Source: Torpedo marmorata
Taxonomy: Eukaryota
DNA length: 64,000 nt
Assembly: GCA_977017645.1 (NCBI GenBank)
Contig: OZ360219.1
Location: forward strand, 41,292,001 to 41,356,000
Direction of reading: 5' to 3'
Shown: positions 47,761-60,111 of the stretch, piece after piece
Numbering within the stretch: the stretch's first letter is position 1
Layout of the letters: each line of letters starts with the position of its first letter
Notes under the pieces: generated by a model
What the model saw: the letters and a program-made list of their open reading frames with translations, nothing else
What the model was told of the DNA's origin: nothing
The model's database searches: none
Position numbers and translations under genes: made by a program

Positions 47761-50604
47761 GTAATGTTTCATATTTTCGTTAATAAGTGTGGATCTTCAT
47801 GAGGAGAATCTCATTCATAGTTAACAAAGGATTTGCAATTTATTCAAATATATCCTTTCATTTATTTTGAGGACACTACTTGAAGATGATAGATTGATGG
47901 TTAATAAATGCATCATGAAATGGAAACTGATGAAAGTAACTGTTTGATAGTAGCAGTGGAATGCAGATTTTACGTGACAAATTTGCCAAGAAAGACTGCA
48001 CATAAAAAGAATTATATGCTGAGTTTATTGAAAGTATTTTTTACCCAGGCCACTTATGATTGCATGTTTTATAATTTTATATCAGTTTATAAAAAGCAAA
48101 ATCGCTTTTTAGGCTTTATTTTCTAATTGCGCACTAAGAATGTGCGATTAGAAAATAACCGATGTATTAGCCATCTACGATATTCGATACCTAAACCTCT
48201 CAAGTAAACTTTTATCTTCTTATACTTAAAGTAAAATATACACATAGTAAATGTTTGTGAATAGTATCATTTTGTGATTTTCACTGCCCCCAAGGAAGGA
48301 TACTTTTTTTAAAAAAAACCTGCTTTCTGTGTTTATGTAAGGTTTTATGTTTCCTTTCACAGAATCAGTTTTGGTAAATTTATTTCTGATTGAGGTTAAA
48401 ATTATTTCTGAATGAGGTTGAAATGTATGAAGTGGAAGAATTATGCTGTTCCATTGTACGTTTGGGGGCGAGGGGGAAGTTGGAGGGCCTGGAGATGGGG
48501 TAGGAGGGAAGCTATGGAGTTTTGCTTCTAAATTTGTTTCCTGGTGGCTAGTGTAAAGCAACATGGGTGTTGGATTACATTGTGAAAACTGGCCTGTTAT
48601 TGTTTCTCATTATATGGTCCTGACCTGTTTTGACCTTTTACAATGGAATGGTTACTCTGAATTTGGCCCTTGATTAATGTTTTATGAGCACTGATAACAC
48701 CAGGATTCTGAGCTCATAAGTGAGTTGGTAAGGTCCATCTGGATTAGATGTTAATCATTAACAAATCAATTAGTGATGTAGAAGTGTAAGCAATTACCAA
48801 CCATGTTTTTTTTTGATGATCTGTGCTGAGGGAGTACAGGAAGGTCTTCCACAAAGTTCATGTGGTTAAATAATCTAGCCTGGATTTTTTTTTAATGGGA
48901 CTAATGGAGTGGTATCATAATCCTTCTTAATTCCACATATTGATGGAGTACAGCCACTCTTAAATTAGAGGAAATGATATGGTGAACATGCATTTGCTTA
49001 TGTTCTTGTGTCCCATACAATTCAAAACTCAGCCAAGTACCCCCAGAGCTGGGTTTTCATAATTATCCAAGTAAATCACAGTGGTTCATTTATGATATTG
49101 TAATAAACCACTTATTAAATTCAGCAATCCACAATTGTGCATTAAGCTTGCGGTATCATGCAGCTTCCCCACAGTAATCCAGCTATATTGAGAAATTGTC
49201 AGGATTGACAATGAAATTTTGTTTAATTTGAAGTGGATTATACTTGATCTTTTTAGTTAAGACAATAGTTTCCTTTATTCTGAGATGAATATATTTTGTG
49301 TAAAAAAAAGCACTGGTTTAAAAGGATGTTGTTTTTGAATCTATATTGACAGCTGCAAACAGGTAGTTTGGGAAATGAATCAATGGGCTTTGCTGCACCA
49401 AAGACAACTTGTAGAGTAGGGCTCTTAACCTGGAAAAATGGATGTTAAATGCACGAACTGGGCCAAGATATCAGAGAGGATAGCTGAATGTGCTATATTC
49501 AAATGACCAGTTCCATAAAATGTAAAGATTGTTCACATTTCTGTTAATCAGTTGGAATTGTGAATTTAAATCAGTCAGGTGTCAAAACAATTATTTTAAA
49601 ACAATCACATTCACAATTGACCATCTGAACCAAGTTAAAGTCCAAGCATTCCCCATGAGTTTTATGATTCACTGTTACCAATTCCTTTGGGTCATCGTTA
49701 ACAAGGAACTTAACTGGACCACGCTGTTGCAGGAGAAGGGCAGATTTGGGCATTTTATGCAGTAACTTACCTTCTGATTGCTTGAAGCAGCAATACTCTT
49801 ATCAGGAAAATGATCAAATACTGATCCCTTGCCATTGTAATTGCAACTGTTGGAAAAAAAAGCATTGCCACCCTCACAAATCCCAGTCCTCATACCAAAT
49901 GCCCAGAAGCCAGTTTCCTGCGGCCTGGGATGAGGCCTTTAGCCTCCAAGCCCTGATGTGGAGCCTGTTCCGCTGCTGCTGTTTCACACTCTGTAGGGTC
50001 AACAAGACTTCTCCTTCTTAGCATGTGGGTGGTGTCCCTCTGCTGATCCACTACTTCCTTGGAACCCACAGCCCTGGAAGTCTGGCCTGCCGAATGTGGG
50101 TGCCACCATCTTAGATCTGGCCCTTCAAGGACATCAATGTAAAAACTGCTGCCGGCCCCTTCACCAGGCAAGTTAAACTGCATTGGGCTGTTGGGAGGAA
50201 CAGCCGGGCAGTAGGACCGTGCGGAGGAGCACTGAAAGACCACAGCCCCACTCTTTGCTCTACCTGGATCTGCAGTAGCGCTGCCATTACTGCTGTGCAG
50301 TAGCATTGTCATCCTGCAACAGGATAATAAAATTGCGTTCAATGTAGTTTGCCTGATTATTATCTGCAGATATGTTATTTACCACATCCATTATCATTGC
50401 ACTGTAATTACATGATATGCAGATATAATTGATCACAAGTTGAAAAGCAGCTAAACTACAGATGTTGGAAATCTGAAATGATATATTCAGCAGGATAGTC
50501 AGCATTCGTAGAGAGAGAAAAACAAACTTAATGTTTTGGATTGATAACCTGCTGTTCGAACAAGGAAGAGTAAGAAAACTAGCATGTTTTAAGTTGCAAA
50601 GAAG

Positions 50605-53138
50605 AGATTAGGAATAGTAAAGGGAAAAAAAGATCACTGGTGGGAGTTGTCTATAGGCAATAATAACATTACAGTGGCACAGGCAATAAACCAAGAAATA
50701 TTGGAGGCATGCAAGGATGGAACAGCAGTTATCATGGGGGACTTTAACATGCATATAGACTGGGTGAATCAGTTTGGTCGAGGCAACCTTGAGGAGGACT
50801 TCATAAAATGAATATGTGATGGCTTTCTTGAACAGCATGTTACTGAACCTACAAAGGAACATGCTATCTTGTATCTGGTCCTGTGTAATGAGACAGGTAA
50901 AATTAGCGATCTTGTAGTTAGGGATCCTCTTGGAAAGCGTGATCACAGTATGACTGAGTTTCTCATACAAATGGAGGGTACAATAGTTCAGTCTAAAACC
51001 AGTGGATTATGCCTACAAGGGGATGAGGGAGGAGTCGGCCAGGCTAGACTGGGAACGCAGGCTGTATGGAGGGACCTTTGAGGAACAGTGGAAGACTTCC
51101 AAAGAGATTTTTCACGGTGCTCAACAAAAGTATATTCCAGTTAAAAGCAAGGACAGCCAGCCTTGGATAACTAAGGAAATAAAGGAAGGCATCAAAATAA
51201 AAGCTCATGTGTACAAAGTCGCCAAGAGCAGTAGAAAGCTAGAAGATTGGGAAAACTTTAATAAGCAACAAAGTACCACAAAGCGAGCAATAAAGAGAGG
51301 GAAGGTAGACTGAAAAAAGATTAGCACAAAATTAAAAAAACAGACAGTAAAAGTTTTTATAAAGCGGAAAAGGGTGGCTAAAGTGAAGGTTAATCCCTTG
51401 GAGGTTGGGAAGGGGGAATTGATATTTGGTAATGAGGAAATGGCTGAGGCTTTGAATGACTATTTTGTGTCAGTCTTCACGGTGGAGGACACGTCTACCA
51501 TGCCAAATGCAGATGTTATGGATGTGATGGGAGGTGAGGACCTGGATGTAATAGGTATCACTAAAGAGGAAGTACTAAGAAAACATGAGAGTCTAAAGAT
51601 AGATAAATCCCCTGGTCCTGATGGAATGCATCCCATGGTTCTGAAAGAAATGGCAGAAGTTATAGTAGAAGCTTTGGTGATAATTTACAAAAATTCTCTG
51701 GACTCTGGGCAGGTTCCGGTGGATTGGAAGAAGGCGAAAGTCATGCCACTATTCAAAAAAGGACGTAGGCAAAAGGCAGGGAACTATAGGCCAGTTAGTT
51801 TAACATCTGTAGTTGGGAAAATGCTTGAAGCTATCATTAAAGAGGAAATAGCGAGGCATCTGGATCCATCAGGCAGACGCAGCATGGACACAGCAAAGGC
51901 AGGTCCCGTTTGACAAACTTACTGGAGTTCTTTGAGGATATAACAAGCATGGTAGATAGAGGGGAGCAGATGGACGTTGTTTACCTGGATTTCCAGAAGG
52001 CGTTTGATAAGGTGCCGCATAAAATACTTTTACATAAGATAAGTATGCATAGTTGGGGGTGATGTAATAGCATGGATAGAGGATTGGTTAACCAATAGAA
52101 AGCAGAGACTTGGGATACAGGGGTGTTTTTCTGGTTGGCAATCAGTGGTGAGCGGGGTGCCGCAGGGGTTGGTTCAACTGTTCACGATATACGTTAATGA
52201 TCTGGAAGAGGGGACAGAGTGTAGTGTATCAGGTTTGCTGATGACACTAAATTGAGTGGAAAAGCAAATTGTGCAGAGGATACAGAGAGTCTGCAGAGAG
52301 ATATAGATAGATTAAATGAGCAGCCAAGGGTCTGGCAGATGGAGTACAATGTTGGTAAATGTTAGGTTATCCACTTTGGAAGTAAAAATGGAAGATCAGA
52401 TTATTATTTAAATGGAAAGCAATTGCAGCATGCTGCCGTGCAGAAGGACTTGGGAGTGCTTGTGCATGAATCGCAAAAGGTTGGTTTGCAGGTGCAGCAG
52501 GCTATCAAGAAGGTAAATGGAATGTTGGCCTTCATTGCTAGAGGGATTGAATTTAGAAGTAGGGAGGTTATGCTGAACTGGTGAGGCTGCATCTGGAGTA
52601 CTGTGTACAGTTCTAGTCTCCTGACTTGAGGAAGGATGTACTGACTGGAGGCGGTGCAGAGGAGGTTCACCAGGTTGATTCCAGAGATGAGGGGATTAGC
52701 CTATGAGGAGAGATTGAGTCGTCTGGGACTGTACTCGCTGGAATTTAGAAGAATGAGGGGATCTTATAGAAACAAAATTATGAAAGGCATAGATAAGATT
52801 GAGGTAGATAAGTTGTTCCCATTGGTGGGGGAGACTAGAACTAGGGGACATAGCCTCAAGATTCAGGGTCGTAAATTTAGGACGGAGATGAGGAGGAACT
52901 GCTATTCCCAGAGGGAGATGAATCTATGGAATTTGCTGCCCATTGAAGGCTACCGCAGTCAATATATTTAAGACAAGGTTGGATGGATTTTTATATAGGA
53001 AGGGAATTAAGGGATATGGGGAAAAGGCAGGTAAGTGGAGATGAGCCTATCATCAGATCAGCCATGATCTCATTGAATGATGGAGCAGGCTCAGTGGGCC
53101 GGATGGCCTACTCCTGTTTCTATTTCTTATGTTCTTAT
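50605..53138 (+). mobile_element. CR1 LINE (second subfamily), 5'-truncated, decayed
   Basis: APE remnant (MGDFN, LGKRDH); RT (KSPGPDGMHP, NYRPVSLTSVVGK, DFQKAFDKVPH, FADDTK); 3' tail gggccggatggcctactcctgtttctatttcttatgttcttatg. Confidence 0.9.
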
Positions 53139-53579
53139 GATAGGTGGAAAGAATAAAGGGAATGTTGGTGATAGCGTAGTGATCAAGGCAATCTGGATGG
53201 CACAGATGTAGTTATTATGGGCTGAAAGAGGATGGTGGAGGCTTGTGTATTGCATTTGGCTTGTCTGAAGCAGATGCAGATAGAGGGAGTTGAATGGGAA
53301 CAAGGGAGAGAGAAAAATATGTTGTATCTCTGAGATGCAGAACAGAGCATTTGCTGGAAATCTGAAATAAAAGAGAACTCTGACTGCTGATGAAACATTG
53401 AGCATTTCAGTTTTTCCAAAGACCTTGCTCACTACCCACCTCTGAACCTGCTGTACCCCAGTCACCAAGAGCCAACCCTAAAATTATAATTGAACCCATT
53501 GAGAAGGATGGTACTATTGTTGTTTAGCCAATCGACCCCTACAAAGGTTAAAGGCCATTCTTTCACAACCCTTCATCGC

Positions 53580-54220
53580 AGCCACAGGGCATCTCTGCAG
53601 GAGTTCATCAAGGCAGTGACCTAGGCCCAACCATCTTCAAGTGCTTCATCAGTGACCTTCCTTCAATCATGAGGTCAGAGGTAGGGATATTCACTGATGA
53701 TTGCACAATGCTCAGCGCTATTTGTGACTCCTCATGTAATGAAGCAATTGATATCCAAATGCAGCAAGACCTGGACAATATCCAGGCCTGGGTAAGTAAC
53801 AATCAATCCACACAAGTGACAGGCAATGATGATATCCAACAAGAGAAAATCCAGCCATCACTCCCCAATATTCAATGACATTACTATCCCTGAATCCCCC
53901 ACTATCAGAAACTGAACTGGAGTAACCATCCACACAAAGTGGCTGCAGAAACAGGTCAGAGGCAAGGAATCCTGTAGCGAATAACTCGCCTCCTAACTCC
54001 CCAAAGCCTATCCATAAGGCTCAAATTAGGGGTGTGATAAAATACTCTCCACTTGCCTTGATGAGCACAGTGCCAACAACATTCAAAAGGCTTGACACCA
54101 TTCAGGACATTGAAGCCCCACTCCACAATTCCACACAGATGCAGCAGGTTCTACCATCTACAGGAGGCACTGCAACAACTCATCAAGACTCCGTAGATAG
54201 CATCTTCCAAACCCACAACC
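53580..54220 (+). mobile_element. Old CR1-group (L2/Crack-like) LINE RT fragment
   Basis: QGSDLGPTIFKCFISDLPS...FTDDCT...QQDLDNIQAW. A related remnant lies at about 49600-49790. Confidence 0.65.
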
Positions 54221-54760
54221 TCTGTCATCTTTTGTTTCCCACTCTATTCACAAAGTTCTCTCAACCTCTTTCCCCCTTCTCTGCAGTTTAAAACATGATT
54301 GTTCTCTAACTTTTCCTAGTTCTACTGAAAGGTTATTAACCTGGAATGTTAACTCTCTTTCTCCCTCCTTCCAATATTTTCAGAATTCATCAACGTTGCT
54401 TGGCAGTATCTTCCTCCAATGTTTTTTTTTTATTTCCAGTTCTGGATGCTGTTTAGATGTATTTGCCTCCAAGCAAGTACAGCATAGATTGATACGTTAT
54501 CTGGTTTTCAAGGTTAAATACTGAGGGCACATTGCATGAAGAGCCAAACATGACAAAAAAAGATTATGAAAGGATTAGAGAACAAAAAGATGAAGACATT
54601 TGTGGGACCAGGAAATCATTGCACCCAGAAAAAGTATACAGATTCAAAAGGGCTTTAGATAGGAATGGAGTCATTGGAGTTACAGGATAAGCCAGTGTCA
54701 TTAGTACAATGTCAGAATTATTAAACGTTATTAGGTTTCAATGTTAGGTAAACCTATTTT

Positions 54761-54820
54761 GGGAGGTCAATTGACCTCCCATTATTAGGGAGGAAGATCC
54801 CAGTTGACCTCCCATTATTA
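54761..54820. repeat. Palindromic 33-bp junction repeat (left part)
   Basis: Perfect 20-bp palindrome gggaggtcaattgacctccc, then attattagggaggaagatcccagttgacctcccattatta. Confidence 0.85.
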
Positions 54821-55660
54821 TTCAAGATTCAATTTATTGTCATAGTAATAAGACAGTGTCATATTCCATGAAATTTCTTTTTGCCTGCTGCAAGGCAGAC
54901 AGATTCGCCACCGGCAGAAATTGCCTAAGCACCTCTAACATTGCTTAAAGTCAGAGAAAGAGAAGCAAAAGAGAGTCCCCCCAGAGTCACCGAGTGTCCG
55001 TAGATTCGCCTCCAGCGCTTCCGCAGCCTCCGCAGCCACACAGAGTCCAGTCCAAACCATGGCAACCCGAGTTCCAGATCCGAACCTCCAACACGGTCAG
55101 GGCGCCATCGGCACCGCGTCGCATCCCGGTTCCGATACCTGGTACTCCTGCAGCCAGTTCGAGCCAGCCTCCAGCAGTCCACAGCCTGGTGTGAGTCCCC
55201 CGACAGCAGTCTCCATCAGCCCACAGCCTCCGCAGGTTCCTCGCCTCGAGTCGCCAGCAGCTCGCCGCATGTACTGGTCTTTCAGCCTCAGAGCCCCTCA
55301 CTGGTCCACCGCCGTGGTCTCCGTCCCGTGGGTCGTCTCCTCCGCTTCTCCTTCTCAGATGGGGGGTGATCTTCCCGTCCTCTGCAGCCCTGCTCCAGTC
55401 CTCCGCTTCCCCGGTGTGTGCAGCCCCTCGTGGCTGCTGCCGGTTAAAAGGCGCTGCCATCTTGGGCGCAGACCCCGTGGTCGCGGGATCATAAATAAAA
55501 CCACCGTTGACTCCCTCAACAGTCCATTCAAAGCCCGTGCGGATCCGACGGCAGTCGTCTGGGCGGTTGGACCCCGCGGGAGCGCTATATCTACGCTCCC
55601 CGCGGGTCCGCACCAGCGGCAGCGCTGCCGCTACAGCGGCTCCGGCAGCGCCGCCATCAT
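54821..55660 (-). mobile_element. CpG-rich non-autonomous retroposon with a Rex1-like 3' tail
   Basis: The minus-strand 3' end aatttcatg...gacaataaa(ttgaatc)n parallels the Rex1 tail at 21690-21745. The body is GC/CpG-rich, with no RT coding and no tRNA head. Confidence 0.7.
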
Positions 55661-55663
55661 AAA

Positions 55664-55744
55664 GAGGGAGATCCCAATTGACCTCCCATTATTAGGGAGG
55701 GAGATCCCAATTGACCTCCCATTATTAGGGAGGGAGGTCAATTG
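55664..55744. repeat. Palindromic 33-bp junction repeat (right part)
   Basis: (gggagatcccaattgacctcccattattaggga) x2, ending gggaggtcaattg. Confidence 0.85.
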
Positions 55745-56004
55745 AATGTGACTTTTGATGACATGATGGCAAATGATAATGAACTTCAAATAAACATGGG
55801 AGAAATCAAATAATTTAATCAAACACAAAGAAAAAACCATGCAATTTTTAAAGAAACAAGAAGTCTCTTCTTCTGACACAGTCCCGGAGGCTGAGAATGA
55901 CTTGCATCCACAGTGTTCTGAGCCACAGACTTTACAAAAGAATCTCAGGGTTGTATGTGATGTAATGTATGTACTCTGACAATAAATCTGGAATCTGAAT
56001 CTAC

Positions 56005-56420
56005 AGATAACGCAGGACATGTCTGATGGGATGTATGGGCGGGTGGTCTGGGAAGCATTGTACCCCTTCCATGATTTATGCTTTACTTCTGTATGCTCTT
56101 GCTGCATGGCCTCAAGGTTCTCAGTGCCATTCTGAAAATTCTTCCTCCATTTTGAGTGGTCATAGGCTGAGATTCCCATGAGTAGGTGGGGGTGTTGCAT
56201 TTTTTTCAAGGAGGTTGGTTGTTCATCTGGTAATTTTCCTGGAATTTGGTCTGTTTTGTGGGGCTGTTGCCAGACATATTAATGACATGGCTGCTGGAGA
56301 TGTAGTGGTTTTGGAAGGCAGAGACGATAGCTTGCCTGTTCGACTATAAGCTTTACATGGGTCTGGGATCTTCATTTTCAAATGCCATTTTCCTCACAAG
56401 TTGTGTTTGTGCCAAAAGAA
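56005..56420 (-). mobile_element. Old RTE-clade LINE 3' fragment
   Basis: Degenerate RKMAFENED and LKKCNTPTYSWES...KWRK motifs typical of the RTE ORF C-terminus. Confidence 0.55.
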
Positions 56421-57395
56421 AGAGTGAAAATGTGTTAGGGCAATAATGCAACTTTGCTTTGACACAATTTGCACTGAATCCGGACATTTTGTGGACTCGT
56501 GAGTCAGCATCATGAAACAAGTGCAAAGAGGATATTTCACAGTCCCTCCTGGTTGATGGAATCAAAAGTTTTAGTGAGGTTGAATATTGTGGTTGGTGGT
56601 GTCCTGTGCATTTCTCTTATACTTGTTGCACAGTGAAAATCATGTTCACTGTGACTCTGGATGCACTCCAAAAGGAGTAACAAACTATTGCACCAATGAA
56701 TGAGAATGCCACCTTATATCCTTGGGCTGATGATTGTGATCAGCTCCATGAGTACCAACAAAATATATTTGGTGGGAAAATACACCAGGTTAGTTCTTAC
56801 CTGAATATTTTGAATAGCCATTTGAATGATTACAGTGCAAAAATAAAAATAATGCCTTGGAAGTATTTGTGATAATGCATTGCAGGGTCGGTTGGAATCC
56901 TGAAATTGAATTATTGAATCCTGATAGTTTTTCAATACTTTGTGAAATAAATTTGTCAATACAAGTCAATTTCCATTTCTACTTGGCACTAATTGAAAAA
57001 TCTTCTTGATTTGTCAAAATGGAAAACTTTTTGGGTGATATTCTGTGTAATAAAACCATGAAATTTTAACTCCAGAATTTGGTCAAAGCCAAAGATTTAT
57101 TTGGAGGACATTTTGCTGGTCATGGTGGGATCTTATTTCTCACATTAATATCTTTTATCTCCCTCTCTCCCCTCTTTCCATCATTATTCTTGTGCTTGAA
57201 CAACATTTTCATCTGAATTAAAGATAATTTTTTCAGTGAATTATCTTTTAAAGTTAAAAGTTTTCAAAAATATTAGTCTTCATTTATGTTCTTGCAGATA
57301 GAAGGATTTTTTAATGATGGCTTATTTTTACTGTTTTGTTAACATTTGCTCAACAAATTGTATCTTTTTTCTGCTCCTTTTAAGAGGAACATATG

Positions 57396-60111
57396 GAATC
57401 TTTAGATTTACCTTTTACAATGAGGGAAGTTAATGAAGTTCTTTCTTCATTAAAGAGTGGTAAATCTCCAGGTGAAGATGGGTTTCCATCAGAATTTTAT
57501 AAGGAGTTTAAAGATTTATTAATACCTCCATATATGGAAGTATTGAATCAAATTACAGAAACTCACTCATTACCAGACACTTTTTTAAATGCAATAATTA
57601 CAGTTATACCAAAGAAGGATAGAGATATATTGAAAACTGAATCTTATAGACCTATTTCATTATTAAACGTAGACTATAAGATAATGGCAAACATTTTAGC
57701 AAATAGAATGGCTAATTATTTACCAGATTTAATTCATGTAGATCAAGTTGGTTTTATTAAAAATAGATATTCAAAAGATAATATAGCTAGATTGATTAGC
57801 TTAATTAATTTACATAAAATGAAGGAAGATTTACCATTAGTTTTAACATTAGACGCTGAAAAGGCTTTTGATAGATTAGAATGGAATTTTTTATTTAAGG
57901 TACTGGAGAAATTTGGCTTTGGAAATACATTTATTAACTGGATTAAAACTATATATAAAGAACCATCTGCTAAAGTAGTCACAAATGGACAAATTTCTCC
58001 AAAATTTCCTTTGACTCGATCTACTAGACAGGGATGTCCTTTGTCACCAGCATTATTTATTTTGGCGATAGAACCTTTGGCTGAATTAGTTAGAAAAGAT
58101 CCTAAAATAGTTGGTATTAAAGTTGGAATGGAAGAACATAAAATTAGTTTGTTTGCAGATGATGTATTGATATATATGACAAAATCTGTTGCATCTTTAG
58201 TACAACTGTCTATTTTATTGAGAGAATATGGGGAAATATCTGGATATAAAATTAATTCTGATAAAAGTGAGATTATGGCATTATCACAAGGGGATTATAG
58301 TAGATGTAAAGAAATTACACAATTTAAATGGGCAAAGGAAGGAATTAAATATTTGGGAGTAAGGGTTGATACAAAATTGGCTAATTTATATAAATTAAAT
58401 TACCTACCATTATTCATGAAAATAAAGAAAGATTTAGAAAATTGGAAAGATTTACCTATAACTTTATTGGGAAGAGTGAATTGTATTAAAATGAATATTT
58501 TTCCAAGAATTCAATATCTTTTTCAATCAATTCCTTATGGAATTCCTCAAAATTGTTTTAAAGATTTAAATTCAATTATTAAAAAATTTTTATGGAAAGG
58601 AAAGTTAGCAAGAGTAGGTATGGAAAAATTAACTTGGAATTATGAAATGGGTGGTTTACAACTTCCTAATTTCCATAATTATTATAAAGCAGCTCAACTA
58701 AAATTTGTTAATGAATTTTTTGATTCAACTAAATCTTCTGCTTAAAATAGAATAGAATAATATAGGAGAAGATTCCAAAGAAGAAATTATTTATAAATGG
58801 GATTCTAAATTAATATCAACAAGAAAGAAAAATTTGCCTATTTTTAAACATTTGTTAGAAATATGGAATAAGACGGATAAGGAAATAGGAGGAAAAGGAT
58901 TGATTTCTTCAAGGATGCCTTTATATCAAAATGGACTTATTCCATTTACTATTAATAATCAATTATTTAAAATTTGGTTTCAAAAAGGAATTAAGAAGAT
59001 TAGTGATTGTTTTGAAGCTGAGAAATTTATTACGTTTCAAAGAATGAAAGATAAATTTAATATATTAGATAATACACTTTTTGCTTATTATCAAATTAGA
59101 GCTTTTCTGATTGAGAAATTAGGTTATGCTTCGATTTTACCAAGACAAAATGAATTAGAATTATTAGTTACTAATGGAGATGTTAATAAATTTATTTCTC
59201 AAATGTATAAATTATTTCAGAGGAAAATGCCTAAAGTGGGTTTGCATAAATCAAGATTAAAATGGGAATTAGATTTGAATGTAAGAATAGATGAAAATCA
59301 TTGGAAAGAATTATGTAAATTAAGTATGACGAAGATTGTTAATGTCAGATATAGATTAGTGCAATATAATTTTTTTCATCAATTATATTTAACACCTAAA
59401 AAATTAAATAAATTTAATCCGACATTATCAGGTTTATGTTTTAGATGTAATAAAGAGGAAGGGTCTTTTGTACATTCTAGCATGGTTTTGTCCAAAAGTT
59501 TATGATTTTTGGTTGAAAGTTAAATTTTTTTTAGATAAAGTATTTAAGATTACATTTCCAATGGATTCTATGATATTTTTGTTTGGAGATATTAGAAAAT
59601 GTAGTATTAAGATGAAACTAAATATGTATCAAATAGAATTTTTGCGAATTGCTTTAGCTGTTTCAAAGAAGTGCATTGCTATTACTTGGAAATCTGATTT
59701 GGATTTAGGATTAGAAAGATGGCATGCAGAACTTCGTTCATGTATACCACTTGAAAAAATTACTTATAATTTACGTAATAAATATCATTTCTTTTTAAAA
59801 ATTTGGAGCCCATATATGAAAGCTGTTGGTTTAAGGATTTGAAGATCTCTTGATATCGGATCTGCTGGCATACTTGACCTCCATAATAGAATTAGTTTAT
59901 AGATTGGCATTCCCTTTACTCTATCTTTTTTTTTTTTTTCTTCTTTTTCTATTATTATTTTTTATATTTTTATTTTTTATTAGATTAGTGGGGTTGGGAG
60001 GGGAGGGGAGGGAGGGAGGGTGAAATTGTATCACGAATAATTTGATAATTTTATATTCCATTTTATGTATTTTGTGATTTAAAAATTTTAAATAAAATAT
60101 TTTTTAAAAAA
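57396..60111 (+). mobile_element. L1-clade LINE, 5'-truncated ORF2 (RT and C-terminus) with 3' UTR; first unit of a tandem
   Basis: 450-aa ORF: KSPGEDGF, SYRPISLLNVDYKI, LDAEKAFDRLEW, RQGCPLSP, LFADD. Also a Cys motif CFRC...H...C, a G-rich UTR tract, AATAAA and an A-tail. Confidence 0.93.

Noticed and set aside
49890-50342. 150-aa minus-strand ORF in a moderately GC-rich patch
   Set aside because: Non-ATG start, no recognisable domain or splice signals; probably an old repeat remnant.
55560-55660. HDV-like ribozyme at the 5' end of the GC-rich retroposon
   Set aside because: A P1-like pair (ggcggcg/tgccgct followed by gg) and a P4-like hairpin exist, but I could not fit P2, P3 and L3 with the required spacing.
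54925-55745. 208-aa and 228-aa ORFs in the GC-rich element
   Set aside because: No recognisable domain, open on both strands, and expected from high GC content.
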